Of a stretch of 64,000 bases of DNA, positions 28,890-40,336 are shown in pieces. The stretch is from Escherichia phage MET-P1-301. Below the pieces are notes generated by a model. It saw only the letters and a list, made by a program, of their open reading frames with translations, did not search any database and was not told the DNA's origin. The position numbers and the translations under genes were made by a program. Where the stretch lies: the sequence record PV700625. One strand, given 5' to 3'. Each line of letters opens with the position of its first letter. The stretch's first letter is position 1.

Positions 28890-29214
28890 GGTATTTCTCC
28901 AAGTTTCTTTTTAGATATAACCAACCATAGTCAGTTCTTTCTACACCCATGAAGAGTGGAGCCATTACAACTTTACCAAAAGTATTCCTGTGTTGACAGA
29001 TTTCAAAAGAATACTCTTTCTCAATATCAATCCCGTATTTGTACAGGACTGCTTTTAAAACTTGTTCATTATCCAGAAGTGTATCTGGAGTCTCACCATA
29101 CTTCTCAAGTAACGGGTCATTCATAAACACCGTCATAGAAATATTGTAGTTTGAGAAGTGGCTCTTCTGAGCCACACCTTCTTTATTAATGTTCTGTGAA
29201 TCCATTATAACCAA
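28882..29214 (-). CDS. hypothetical protein (110 aa)
   Basis: ORF. Confidence 0.4.
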   Translation of the reverse strand: MVIMDSQNINKEGVAQKSHFSNYNISMTVFMNDPLLEKYGETPDTLLDNEQVLKAVLYKYGIDIEKEYSFEICQHRNTFGKVVMAPLFMGVERTDYGWLYLKRNLEKYRV

Positions 29215-29851
29215 CCCCTTTTAACCAGCACTTCAGGTTATTAGCATCATAATTCAGTTTCGGGTATGAGGTTACATGGAACTGCTCACCATCATAGTAG
29301 ACAATATCTGCAATCCATAGTCCATTCTCTTTACAGAAATCTTTATCTGCTTTAGAGGTAATTGGATTAACTTCTACAAAACCATCTACACCCAAATCCT
29401 TTAAGCTACATACAATACCTTTGCAGATAACGCATGTCTCAGATACTACCACAAAAAGTTCTTGGCTTTCAAGCTCTACAATGTATTCACCAAGCTGTAC
29501 TTTAGGGAGATTTGATTGCTTCATAATCTTCCCATCGGCTGCACGAACAATCGCATACCACTCTTTACCATCAACTACTGACATTCTGATGATACACTCT
29601 TGACCAGTACGCTTCTCAATATCTGCAAGACGCTTTAAAGCTTCTTCATAGTCGTCTGTATACTTCAGGTCATTATTATGGCAAACAGCTTCCATAGCAC
29701 CATTATGGTCATGTTGTGACAGGTAAATCAAACCGTCAAGGACATATTGCAAATCTGCCTGAGCATCAAGTGTCTCAATGGGGTCTTTCTCTTCAATTGC
29801 TTTTACAAGCTCTTTTGCTTCTTCAAGCATACATAGAGATTGAGATTTCAA
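29186..29851 (-). CDS. hypothetical protein (221 aa)
   Basis: ORF. Confidence 0.45.
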   Translation of the reverse strand: MKSQSLCMLEEAKELVKAIEEKDPIETLDAQADLQYVLDGLIYLSQHDHNGAMEAVCHNNDLKYTDDYEEALKRLADIEKRTGQECIIRMSVVDGKEWYAIVRAADGKIMKQSNLPKVQLGEYIVELESQELFVVVSETCVICKGIVCSLKDLGVDGFVEVNPITSKADKDFCKENGLWIADIVYYDGEQFHVTSYPKLNYDANNLKCWLKGVGYNGFTEH

Positions 29852-29915
29852 AGATTCCCAATACTCATTACTGTAAGGTTGCTTTTGAGTGTTCCCACAA
29901 CGAAGATTCCAGTTT

Positions 29916-30179
29916 TTACTGATTCTCTTGAGTTAAACATTTGGACTCCTTAAAATATCTGTTAACCTTTAGCTCTCGTGTTTCAATATATTCCAGATGC
30001 TCACGTAGCTCTTGACGTTTAAGCATTAGGTGCTGCATTTGAGATTCAACAGCTTCAACTTCTCTAATTATTGACTCTCTGGCATTTGCAAGAATGCGCC
30101 CAAGTTCTTCAATCTTGCTGTCAACTTTTGCTACATGACTCACAGCTTTACTTTTGTTAAACATTTTATTCTCTCTCAA
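29916..30179 (-). CDS. hypothetical coiled-coil protein (87 aa)
   Basis: Charged helical sequence. Confidence 0.4.
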   Translation of the reverse strand: MRENKMFNKSKAVSHVAKVDSKIEELGRILANARESIIREVEAVESQMQHLMLKRQELREHLEYIETRELKVNRYFKESKCLTQENQ

Positions 30180-30398
30180 TAGTTATCAAGCACAATTTGC
30201 TTTCATTACCTTATGGATTCTTTTTTCAGCATCTTCATAAGTTTCTTTAGTAATAAACTTAATTGCTGCAATATTGGCATTGTAGAAGAGTCTGAGCTTA
30301 GAGTCAATCCTTTTGTCATTACATCGAATTTATGTTGAAGGTTTGCTTCACCATAAACTAGCCCACCTTTTGTGCAGTAGGTCTGGATAATGTAAAAG

Positions 30399-30680
30399 TC
30401 AAAAATTCTTTTCCAAAGCTCTCAATATCTTTTTAATATACTCAGAAGAAGTCTCATAAGTCATCCAATCGCTTTCCTTAGTGACTACCTTCTTCCGAGT
30501 CTTCCCAGCAACTTTTCTTTTGGTCACACTATTAAGCTGTTTCTTTCCGATATAATATTGCCCAGTCTTCTTACAGTGTACTAAATAGACAAAGCCAAAA
30601 TGTTTAGTGGGGTCAACTTTCCCACATAAAGATACCCAATGACCGTAGGTAGGGCAATTGCCAAATCCTTTAATCTTCAT
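30399..30680 (-). CDS. GIY-YIG homing endonuclease (catalytic domain), likely continuing to ~30200 after a frameshift at a TTTTT run
   Basis: GIY-YIG core FGFVYLVHCKKTGQYYIGKK; the next frame continues 30200-30398 as DFYIIQTYCTKGGLVYGEANLQHKF... Confidence 0.6.
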   Translation of the reverse strand: MKIKGFGNCPTYGHWVSLCGKVDPTKHFGFVYLVHCKKTGQYYIGKKQLNSVTKRKVAGKTRKKVVTKESDWMTYETSSEYIKKILRALEKNF

Positions 30681-30773
30681 TCATACACGGCTCCCAATTA
30701 TATTTCTTGAAAGAGAAATTATCTTTTGGATTTCTCTCTTGATAAGCTATCCAGAAATGCTGTTCCATTAGCT

Positions 30774-31709
30774 CTAACGGTGTCTTTGTAACAGTCTGTC
30801 CATCCCATGATACATAGGTGTAAGAGTCTTTTTAGCATAGAGTTCATAGATAGCATCAAGACACTCTTTGTAGGTCTCTTTACCATCTAAAGCATTCATC
30901 ACAGCTACTTTACCAGCACCTTTAAGTCCGAAGTAGTTGTCTGCATTATCTCCAGCAACAGCCTGATAGCACAAGAACTTAAAACCTACACCAACTGTTT
31001 TTGCAGCTTTTGGTTTTGATTTGATAGGACAATCCCAGATATCACCAACATTATTATCAGCAATAAAGATTAGTGGTGATTTTTCATAAGTCATATCAAT
31101 ACAATAAGTTCCTTCAGCTTGTCGAAGGTCTTTGTCAATACTCATAAGAGCAGCCTTCTTACCCATCTTTTCAGCTTTAGCAATTACGATTGAATCGGCT
31201 TCGAATCCTCCCTTTAAGAGTTTGAACTCTGGTCTTGACAGAAGGTATTCACGACAAGCGACTAAGTGTGTTGGTGTGACAGCATCTTTACGGTTACCTT
31301 GATATTGGTGCTCAAGACCTTTAATGTCTTTATGTTTATGCACACCTTTCTCTGTTAAATAACCTACCCAAGTTCTCTCTTTACCAACCACCTTAAGCCA
31401 TTCCTGAAGAACCTGTTGAGTAGCCATGATAGCTTCTTTCTCACTCTTAGCTTCTTTCCAAGTCTGTCTTTCCCATTCATCTTCATCAAATGTCAGTCCA
31501 AGTTCTTCCACAAGGATTCTCTGGTCTGCTAACCATCTTGCAGCATCTTTCGCATTATCAAATGGCTCAGATTCTTCTGCTGTGAGTTTATTGACATATT
31601 TATATTTTGCTTTCTCAACTACACAAGCACCTTTATAGGCAATACTGTCAGAGTCAATAAAGACATGTGTAACTGAATCGGGAAGCTTTGTTAATGTGTA
31701 CTTCTCCAT
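30774..31709 (-). CDS. 5'-3' exonuclease (T7 gp6-like)
   Basis: Acidic metal-site blocks (VFIDSDSIAY; IFIADNNVGD...AGDNADNYFGLKGAG) and placement in the replication module. Confidence 0.5.
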   Translation of the reverse strand: MEKYTLTKLPDSVTHVFIDSDSIAYKGACVVEKAKYKYVNKLTAEESEPFDNAKDAARWLADQRILVEELGLTFDEDEWERQTWKEAKSEKEAIMATQQVLQEWLKVVGKERTWVGYLTEKGVHKHKDIKGLEHQYQGNRKDAVTPTHLVACREYLLSRPEFKLLKGGFEADSIVIAKAEKMGKKAALMSIDKDLRQAEGTYCIDMTYEKSPLIFIADNNVGDIWDCPIKSKPKAAKTVGVGFKFLCYQAVAGDNADNYFGLKGAGKVAVMNALDGKETYKECLDAIYELYAKKTLTPMYHGMDRLLQRHR

Positions 31710-31770
31710 TATGGCTCTCCATATGAAAAAGCCCCATACTAAGTACAGGGCTTTAAAGTAACTTTAGAGA

Positions 31771-32628
31771 TTAGTCTTCTGTATCGAAGTCTTCATCTTC
31801 TTCGTCATCTGGGTCTGGCAAATCTTCATCATCACCATCATCAGAATCATTCGAAGATTTATGGTCTGTTGCGTCTTCTTCAGTGATTTCACCGTTATCT
31901 TCGACACCATCAAGACCAAGCATAGCCAGTTCGTCTTCATCCAGTTCAGGTTCACCGTTAGCACCGTTACCACCAGTGTAAGGTACAAGAGTATCAATGA
32001 TAAACTGTTCCTGAATAGGTTTTGTCAGAACATTGTTCTCAAAAGTGTAGAAGTGAGTAGAAAGAATCACACTACCAAAAGAACCATTACCAACTGCAAT
32101 ATCTGGATGAATTACATCATAGTTCTTATCATCTTCATGTTTATCAGATGCTTGAGCTTTGATTTTCTTCATCGGCTGCTTAACAGCTACACGCTTACCA
32201 TTTACTTCTTCAATAAGCATAACAGGGAATGACTGTTTAGCTGTCCACACAGCACCATCTTTATAAGCTGCTGCACGACTCACTTTCAAGATGTAGTAAG
32301 TGTCTGCTTCAAATGGTGGTTTGCAACCAAACTTCTCTTCGAAGTCGTCTGCATCAACTGCTTCAGTAGTAACTTTATCCCAACCTTCTGGGTTTTTCTT
32401 AGACTTAGTAAACTCTTTAAACAGTTTGTTACCGTCTTCTGCAAGAATTGATACACTGTAGTTACAGTCTTTTCCTGGGAATTTCTTATCAATAGACTTA
32501 CCTTTTCCCGGACGTGGTGAAGTGTTCAGGTAATAAAACCAGACATCTTTCAGCAGGTAACGCAGAGTTTGGCGTTCAGTACCATTGTACTTCTCTACCG
32601 GAGCTTTCATTTTAACAACTTTAGACAT
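31771..32628 (-). CDS. Single-stranded DNA-binding protein (T7 gp2.5-like) with acidic C-terminal tail
   Basis: 285 aa ending in a long Asp/Glu-rich tail; sits next to the primase-helicase. Confidence 0.5.
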   Translation of the reverse strand: MSKVVKMKAPVEKYNGTERQTLRYLLKDVWFYYLNTSPRPGKGKSIDKKFPGKDCNYSVSILAEDGNKLFKEFTKSKKNPEGWDKVTTEAVDADDFEEKFGCKPPFEADTYYILKVSRAAAYKDGAVWTAKQSFPVMLIEEVNGKRVAVKQPMKKIKAQASDKHEDDKNYDVIHPDIAVGNGSFGSVILSTHFYTFENNVLTKPIQEQFIIDTLVPYTGGNGANGEPELDEDELAMLGLDGVEDNGEITEEDATDHKSSNDSDDGDDEDLPDPDDEEDEDFDTED

Positions 32629-32845
32629 TATTTAAACCTCTATCTCAATTTATGAAGAGTACCAATTCTAATTTGTTGATACTCTATTGTCAAACATTAA
32701 TTACTGGAAGTTGTGCTTATCTTTAGAAGCTGCTTTACGTGCAGTTTTTCCAGTTCTTACACGCTTCTCTTCATAGTATTTTGCTGGTTTTCCAGCAGTG
32801 GCTTTAAGGAATCCCCAAAAACTTTTTCAAATGCTTTAGAGTGTT

Positions 32846-33055
32846 TCATGATATTCTCCGATATACTTGATATTCAAACACATTTTCTTTAATTATAAAT
32901 AACCAACCAATATTATGCTCAGGTAGAGTAACGGTGACTGTAATTATGCTTTGATGGAACTGCTCTTCTATTTCAACTTCTCCATCGCATTTCATGTAGA
33001 GCATTATATAGAACCTATCAATCTTTGTCAAACACTCTGCTTGAAATTGATTCAA
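32846..33055 (-). CDS. hypothetical protein (69 aa)
   Basis: ORF. Confidence 0.35.
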   Translation of the reverse strand: MNQFQAECLTKIDRFYIMLYMKCDGEVEIEEQFHQSIITVTVTLPEHNIGWLFIIKENVFEYQVYRRIS

Positions 33056-33099
33056 ACTTTTTCTTCAAAGAAGGGTGTGAACCCCTCTCTTTGTAACTA

Positions 33100-35091
33100 T
33101 CACTCAGTTTCGAATGGGCAGTCATCTGCATCCTCACTTAATACAGGTGGAATCGTTGAGCTTTGACGCTGCTCTTCAGTATAGACTTCACCAGTCTCAC
33201 GGTCAAACACTTCATCCTCATAATGTGGCAAAGAGTCATCGTAATGGTCTTCAGCTTCGCCAATACCAAACTGTTGGCGAATATTTTCTGCTGCACCATC
33301 AATGTCAACCCCACAACCAGATGCTTTGATGAGGCGTCCTGTATCTGGATTGTACCAAGTATGACCAGCAATACCAGTTGACTTACCATGACGACGACAT
33401 TTAGTTAACTTGATTTTTGTCAAGTTTTTCTTAACAGGGTCTGGGTCAACCTTGTTACGCATTAACAGAATGTTGTTCATAGAAATCTGGAAATACGCAC
33501 CAGAGCCTTTAATATCCTCTTCAGAGATATCTCCACCTTCAGAGTTGGCTTTCTGACCACCTGCGCTCTTACGAACGTGACAGACGTTCACCTGTGCATA
33601 CTGGTAGCGTTTGCAACGGCGCAATAGCTCAGACAAAACTTCCTCTTCATCCGTATCTGAACGTGACAGAGCCAACGTAATAGGGTCAAGAATAATAATC
33701 TTACAGTCTAAACTGTTAACAAGATAATCAACAAATTCCAGCAGGTTATCTTGGTCAATTGCCCCTTGATGGTCTACGATGTGGATACGACGACCTTTAG
33801 ACAGTTCTGCATGTGCTTCCTTCAATTCATCCCAATCACGTTCGTCATAAGGAATCTCAGAAATCTGCTTGCTGAGGTGGATTGCACAGAGCATCTCCAT
33901 CAACTCTTCATAGGTATCTTCGACCGGAATTACACCAATATTGTAATCGGTATCTTTCCAAGCAGTATAAATCATTTCACGAGTGTATGCTGATTTACCC
34001 ACTGAAGATGGTGCTGCCAGAGTTGTAATCTCACCTAAACCATAACCACCGTAAGTCAGTCTGTTTAAATCCCCGAAAGATTCTGGGAAAGGAATCAATG
34101 GAATCTGACCACGATTCTTCATTGCCTCAAAACCATCTGCGAAGTTCTTGATACCAGCAGGGCAGTAACGGGGCGCATTGTAGATACGCTGCTTAAACCC
34201 TTCAAGAACTGTGTCTTTCTCTTTATAGAACTTTGTCCACCATTCGTTAAGGTCTTTTACACCTTCTGGATACTGGAATAAACGAACCTTCTCAATAGGT
34301 AGGATACCAGCAGCCTCTTTGGTAGCTTTAGCACCTGCTTCATCATTATCAAAGCACAAGTAAATCTCATCAAATGATGTGATGTACTGATAGTTGTCTT
34401 TGATAGACTTAATGTTTGCACCTGACGGAACAGATACGTGACAGTAATTCTTACGACGAGACTTATCTTTAATCGCCAAAGAAGTCATGTAGATTGCTGT
34501 CGCACATTCCATCTCACCTTCCCAGATGAATAGACGGTTACCACCTTCTGGAGCAATCCATGAGCCGAACATTGCCAGTTCACCTTTAATGTCTCCAACA
34601 CCACCAGAAAAGTCTTTTAGTTTACCACGTAGGTGCTCTTTTGGATGGTCTTCTGGGTAACGGTGACGAACACGGTAGCCAACATGTTCTAGCTTACCAT
34701 CTTCATTACGTTTGTAAGTTGGATAGAAGTGCGCATCAATTTCACCGTCACTGTCAATGTCAACCTTGATACCTAAGCGTTCAAGGACTTTTGCAGGAAT
34801 CTTCCTATCTTTCAAGTCCATTGCTTCTAGGTTTTCTTTTACATCGTCTAAATCCATTCCACGGAAAGTACGGTTTTTATTGTCTGAACCAGTAGAATAA
34901 GTGCTCACGATTTGCCCTTTATCAAAATCCCACTCTGGGAAACCCTTGTTACAACTAAAGCAAGTCATTGAATAAGAATCATCGTCATGATGATAGATTG
35001 AACCAGCATCTGATGAACCACAACGTGGACATGCGCAATGACCAACAAACTGACCAGCCTCTTTCAATTTACGACCTTTAGACATTAGCAC
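33100..35091 (-). CDS. Bifunctional DNA primase-helicase (T7 gp4-like)
   Basis: N-terminal Cys4 zinc ribbon (CPRCGSSD...CFSCNKG), TOPRIM (LCFDNDEAGAKA), Walker A (LAAPSSVGKSA) and Walker B (IIILDPITLA). Confidence 0.85.
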   Translation of the reverse strand: MLMSKGRKLKEAGQFVGHCACPRCGSSDAGSIYHHDDDSYSMTCFSCNKGFPEWDFDKGQIVSTYSTGSDNKNRTFRGMDLDDVKENLEAMDLKDRKIPAKVLERLGIKVDIDSDGEIDAHFYPTYKRNEDGKLEHVGYRVRHRYPEDHPKEHLRGKLKDFSGGVGDIKGELAMFGSWIAPEGGNRLFIWEGEMECATAIYMTSLAIKDKSRRKNYCHVSVPSGANIKSIKDNYQYITSFDEIYLCFDNDEAGAKATKEAAGILPIEKVRLFQYPEGVKDLNEWWTKFYKEKDTVLEGFKQRIYNAPRYCPAGIKNFADGFEAMKNRGQIPLIPFPESFGDLNRLTYGGYGLGEITTLAAPSSVGKSAYTREMIYTAWKDTDYNIGVIPVEDTYEELMEMLCAIHLSKQISEIPYDERDWDELKEAHAELSKGRRIHIVDHQGAIDQDNLLEFVDYLVNSLDCKIIILDPITLALSRSDTDEEEVLSELLRRCKRYQYAQVNVCHVRKSAGGQKANSEGGDISEEDIKGSGAYFQISMNNILLMRNKVDPDPVKKNLTKIKLTKCRRHGKSTGIAGHTWYNPDTGRLIKASGCGVDIDGAAENIRQQFGIGEAEDHYDDSLPHYEDEVFDRETGEVYTEEQRQSSTIPPVLSEDADDCPFETE

Positions 35092-35278
35092 CTCTTCGTT
35101 GTAGTTCTGCCTTCAATCCATTTTCAATCTTGTCCAGTTCATGAATTTCATCTGCAATCTCTTTCCTTCGTGATTCAACTCTCTTAAGACGTTCAATCAT
35201 TACCTCATTGGAAAGAGATGAGAGTTCCACTAAACGGTGGTCAATAACTTTAAAATTGTCTTTTACTCTCATCTTCAT
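35078..35278 (-). CDS. hypothetical coiled-coil protein (66 aa)
   Basis: ORF overlapping the primase-helicase start. Confidence 0.35.
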   Translation of the reverse strand: MKMRVKDNFKVIDHRLVELSSLSNEVMIERLKRVESRRKEIADEIHELDKIENGLKAELQRRGANV

Positions 35279-35306
35279 TCTCTCTTTTAAACTTTAATGA
35301 TGGCTC

Positions 35307-36027
35307 TTAGCTTGTTCTCAAGGTCTGCAAGAGTACCATTATTATGAATAATGTCACGCTCATATTTTGTAGAAATCCCATTTTCTGACACATGTGATGA
35401 AACTTTGTCCACATTGTCTCTTTTACTTCAATAGTTTGGTGTGCAAATCTGCTCAGCCACTCAGCTTCAGAGTCAAATCTTAAATCACTGATTAAGACAA
35501 AACCATATTGATTTCTAAGTGAGCACATTTCATGGAATCTAACCATTCTTTTTCAAGGTCTTTAGACCAGAACTTGTCGCCCATTACTTTACGGACAACT
35601 TCAGTACCCCAAATCTGTTGAATTTGTCTTGATGAGAATTTATACTTTTGCTAAACCCCAGACGTGTCAATAGAGTCGGTTTAGCAACCTTCTTAAGCTC
35701 CATGATTAATCGTCCGGTTAACTCTGACATAAGCTTGAAGTCCATATGGTAACGTTCATCTCTGAAGGTGAACTCCATAGCTTCCGTAACTTTAAACATC
35801 AGTTCAGGATATGATAAGTCAAATACCTGCGGAGCCTCTTTAGTTTCACCGTACAGGTCATTCCAAGTCAAGTCAAATATCTTTGATGCAGATAGTTTAA
35901 GGTTGTCTGCAAAGGCCATTACTGCAACATTGTAGCCGTGCTCATCCTCTAAGATGTTCTTCACAATAGAACATGAGGTGTCTTTTCCAGAACGTGCCTT
36001 TCCAGTAAATGCTATAATATTACTCAT
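35307..36027 (-). CDS. Deoxynucleoside monophosphate kinase (T4 gp1-like), interrupted by apparent frameshifts
   Basis: N-terminus IIAFTGKARSGKDT recalls the T4 Dnk P-loop; downstream ORF 35307-35546 (FVLISDLRFDSEAEW) is the likely continuation. Confidence 0.6.
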
Positions 36028-36087
36028 TTTATCTCCATTAATTACTAAAAGCCCCCAACTAAGGAGGCTTGTAAGATTTATAAAGAC

Positions 36088-36899
36088 TTAGTGCAGTTGC
36101 TCAGTATTAATCTGTGAGTGTTCTTTTTCAGCCATAGCTGAGATTTGCTTCACAAAATCATCACCAAAGTTAATGCGAAGCTTCTCTTCAATGATTGAAG
36201 CACCAATGTTTACCAAAACATCATTGATTGCTTGCATACTCACACCGCCAGTCATTTCCTCAACGAACTCAATGGTTACTCCCAACATCTGAGAAAGTTG
36301 GATTAGTGCAACGATATTCATCATTGTAGAAATAGCTGGAATCATCAGAGCAACCTTCACCTGTAGTGGTTCTACATCAGCTACAGAATCATCTTTCACA
36401 GCTTCTTCTAAAGAATCTTTAGTTTGCTGGATAATCTCTTTGATTCGTGGGTTTAACTCTTCTACACCCCAATCAAGTTTTTCATACCGTGACAGCTTCT
36501 CTTCCATTCGCTTCTCAAGAGCAGCCATAACAGCACTCGTTGACGAAATTAACAGGTCAACTAGCTCATTATTATCTAAGAGCAGTAGCGAGTCTTTTTC
36601 TTCAGAGGTCATGGCAATATAGTCATTTTTCTGCATCTCATAAAAATGAACTCTGCAAGAGCATCAACACCTACAACAATAGATGCTAAAGCAAGTGTTT
36701 TGTCGCACAGCATCATATTAACCTGTTCTGCAAAAGCAACGTTATCAGACTTGTCTTTAGGCAGGTTATAGCTTGCAGGCATAAACTGTTCTGTGTAGTT
36801 GTTTCCACGAAGAATCATAGCCATGCTTTCTACGGCATTGATTAAGAAAGCTTCGTCAATACCTTTTTCTTCAAGCATCTGGTCTACAGTAGTATTCAT
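36088..36899 (-). CDS. hypothetical protein, two ORFs probably joined by a frameshift near 36620
   Basis: ORFs 36609-36899 and 36088-36636 overlap in different frames at an A5 run. Confidence 0.4.
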
Positions 36900-36900
36900 A

Positions 36901-37323
36901 TTATTTCTCTCTCAGTTGGTTAAGTTTCTTTCTAGAACATTTTAAGTTTTCTGATGAAGAAAAGTCAAGTGTCTTTTCAGAACGTGGATAATAGTGCCTA
37001 TCCCAAGAAGTTTCAACATCGTTAATCAGTGACGCTAGATTACACAGGTCTGTACCACTTTGCAACCTCTTTTTAAGAGAATCTAGTAAAGCAACTGTGT
37101 CTTTAGCTTTACGTCTAGCTGTAGCAACATCTTTCATATGCTCAAATACAGAGCATTTTAAGTCATCTTCATAGTTTTCAGACAACTCTATTTCATGTTG
37201 TATATCAACCATTCTCCTGTGATGGTGAGCATATTCCCGTTGAGCAGCAATGTCAAGTTCTTCCAACTTCTGCAAAGCTCTAACAAAGTCAGCTATGTCT
37301 GGGTGAACAAACATTTTCTGCAT
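36901..37323 (-). CDS. hypothetical protein (140 aa), first gene of the leftward block
   Basis: ORF adjacent to the divergent intergenic region. Confidence 0.45.
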   Translation of the reverse strand: MQKMFVHPDIADFVRALQKLEELDIAAQREYAHHHRRMVDIQHEIELSENYEDDLKCSVFEHMKDVATARRKAKDTVALLDSLKKRLQSGTDLCNLASLINDVETSWDRHYYPRSEKTLDFSSSENLKCSRKKLNQLREK

Positions 37324-37548
37324 GTAAGCCTCTTTTAAGTAACTATTAAGTTTTAATCTTTTATCTTAACGTATTCTATACGTTATACTTTAAAGCTTTT
37401 TAAAAGCTATTAAATAATCTTTTAAGAGTTTTAAAGTATCTGTATAGTTAAACTGTTAAGTAACCTTTTAAGTAAAAACCCACTTCGCAAAGATTAACAC
37501 CTTGTCAAGTGTATTGTCAACTTGCTTTTATAATTTTTGCAGTAATGT
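37324..37548. promoter_or_regulatory. AT-rich divergent intergenic region, candidate bidirectional promoter
   Basis: 225-bp gap between divergent genes; contains TTGTCA/TTGACA-like hexamers and an exact TATAAT, plus GAGGGAG SD before the polymerase ATG. Confidence 0.45.
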
Positions 37549-40275
37549 ATGGGGTTAATGATTTTAGAGGGAGTAAAAATGGAAAACGTAGATTTTAAAA
37601 ACTTACATTTGGTTGGTGATACAGAAACTGATGGTTTACTCCTTGAGTTCACTAAAGTTCACGTAATGGCCTTTGCAGACTATAAATCTGACGATGAAGA
37701 GCCACCTGTATGGGTCTTTACAGATGAGCCTATCCTCGGTCACAAGTACACTAAGTACATTAAGGGTGGTTTACGTGAAGGTGTTGAGTTTGCGTTAAAG
37801 GCAAAACGACTTTGTATCCATAACGGCCTCGGTTATGACTGGTGGGTCTTCAATCACATTGCACCGGATTTATGGAACTTTGATAATCCAAAATGTAAGC
37901 CGTGGAGTAATTTCTTTCAGGATTCTCTTATTCAGTCTCGTGTTCAGTGGATGGATAGACCAACTCCAAAGGGTTATAAAGGTGCTCATGGTTTGGCTGC
38001 ATGGGGTGCTCGCGTTGGTGTTCGTAAGCCAGAGATTGAGCATTGGGGTGTGTGGAATGCAGAAATCTTCACTCGTGTTGTAGAAGATATTCGTATTAAC
38101 GCCAAAACTAAACGTGCACTTGATAATGAGTATCTCAAGCTTAAGAAGTGTGGCATAGACACTTATGAGACTTACATGCGAGCTAAAGAAACATCTTTCT
38201 GGATGAGTCAACAGGCTATTAATGGCTGGAAAGCTGATAAAGAGCTTATGGAGTTCCATGTGAAGGAACTTGACAAATTGACTAATGAGCTTGCTTCAGA
38301 GGTTGAACCACATCTACCTCCAACTATTAAGACCAAAGGTAAAGTCACTGGAGAAGAGTTTGCAAAAGCTTGGAATGAGTATGTTGAAGCATTCGGTCAT
38401 GCAGATGGACTGAAGAGAATTACCAAGTACCCTAAGACAAAGTACCGTCAGCAGGTACGTAACGGTGAGATGCAGACATACGAAATCAAGCCATTTGGTA
38501 AGCCAACTACAAAGATTTTTAACATTGAAAAGAGGAATTGCTATACACCAACCAACTCTGTAACTGGTGAAGAGTACAAGGAAGGTTTTGTAGCAATGAA
38601 GGATGCTCGTGCAATTTGCAATGAGTTGAACGCAAAGATTGGTAAGAAATGCAAAGACTGGAAGCCAGTAAAAACAGTCAAAACTGTGAAGTACTATAAC
38701 AGTCATGTTGTTAACCACTTTGAGCTTGAGTCAAGTCGCTACACAGGATTGATTGATGCACCATATACACCAATTGAGTTTGAAGTTTCTCGTATGACTC
38801 AGGTAGCAGTTGTTAAAGACTACTTGAAGTCAGTTGGTTGGATTCAGATGACTGGAACTACAAGAAAGATTCAGACGGTCGTCCTGTCAAAGTTTGTCGT
38901 TTCAAAGACAACAAAAGATGATTACAAAGCATCCTAAGTGGCAGGAGATGGTTGAACGGTGTGGCTTGAGTTATGTTGAACATGAAGGTGTCCAGTACAT
39001 TGAGCATAACTGGTCTGTGAAGAAATACACAGATTTGCTTGAGCCTTGCTTAATCCGTACTTCACCAAAACTTACTGAATCTTCTTATGATACGATTGAA
39101 GGTGAGCTTGGACAGAAGATTGCTAAATACTATACTTTGATGCACCGACGCAGAACTATTGAGAACTCAAAGGATGATGAAAAAGGTTGGTTGAATCAGA
39201 TTCGTCCTGATGGTCGCCTTAGTGCTGGTGCAATGGTATTTGGTACTTCAACTGGACGTATGACACAATATGGTATTGTAAACGTACCGTCTGGTGCTGC
39301 TGTCTATGGGGAACCAATGAGGGCAGTGTGGATTTGTGAAGAAGGTACTAACGTTGTCTCTGTAGACATGAACTCAGCCCAGCTAGTTCTCCTTTGTAAC
39401 TTTATGGGTGACAAAGACTTCACCAAAGCAGTAACGCAAGGTAAAGAAGAGATTGAGTTCATTCGTCAAGAAGATGGACGCTATTACTGCAAACATTTTG
39501 ATGAGTACCTCAACCCAGAGATTGATAAGTACCTTCGTTATGACTCTGAGAATGACCTGTACGTTGTCTATTCAGGGACTGATGCACATACACTGAACAG
39601 TATTTACTTTAGCTTGAATGATGAGCAGGATATCTTGACTTGTCGAGCTACTCAGGATGAGAACCTTCTCCATGAGATTAGTAAGGGTCGTAAGAAAGCT
39701 AAGAATGGTATCTATGCACTGCTGTTCGGTGCAGGTGATGAGAAGTTTGCTAAGACGATTAAAGCTGCAACTACTCAGGAAGGCGCACTGACTAAACAGA
39801 CTTACTTTATTCGTTTACCTAAAATTAAGAAGCTGTTAGATGACTTGGAAGCTGACTACAAAGCAACTAAAAAGGCACTTGAAGAGGTGTTTGGTAAGAC
39901 TGCTGCAATCTCTAAAGGGGTTTTGTAAAGGTTGCTGGAGCTTGGTTGTGGTGTAAATCTCCACATAAGCTATTGAATTATTTGCTTATGGGTTCGGAGG
40001 CTCAGATTCAAAACGAGGCAATTAACCTTGCTTGTCGTCGTATGATTGACGAAGGTTTGATGAAGTTGAATGGTCGTCAACCAGCTATTGGTGCTCGTTT
40101 GCTCTGCGCATATCACGATGAAACAAGCTGGGAATGTCCAGAAAGTATGACGGCAGAAGTGAAAGCAGTTACTGACTGGTATTATGGACAAGCTTCTAAG
40201 AACTTAGGTCTTAAGAAAGAAACACTTGTTACAGGTACTGGTAAGGTTGGTAAAAGCTGGCTTGAGGTTCACTAA
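37549..40275 (+). CDS. Family-A DNA polymerase (T7-like) with 3'-5' exonuclease domain, encoded as three consecutive ORFs separated by apparent frameshifts
   Basis: Exo I motif VGDTETDGL; fingers/palm blocks STGRMTQYG, LLFGAGDEKFAKTI, LLCAYHDETSW (motif C); junctions at 38894-38937 and 39926-39946 (GGGGTTTT run). Confidence 0.85.
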
Positions 40276-40336
40276 TTAGTATTGACAAGGTGCTCATGGA
40301 AGAGTACCTTATACAATATCTTATATAGGAGCGATT

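Noticed and set aside
37549-40275. Intein or group I intron splitting the DNA polymerase (and nrdB/thyA)
   Set aside because: Junctions between pieces are only 20-45 nt with overlapping frames; there is no room for an intein or intron and no endonuclease ORF inside.
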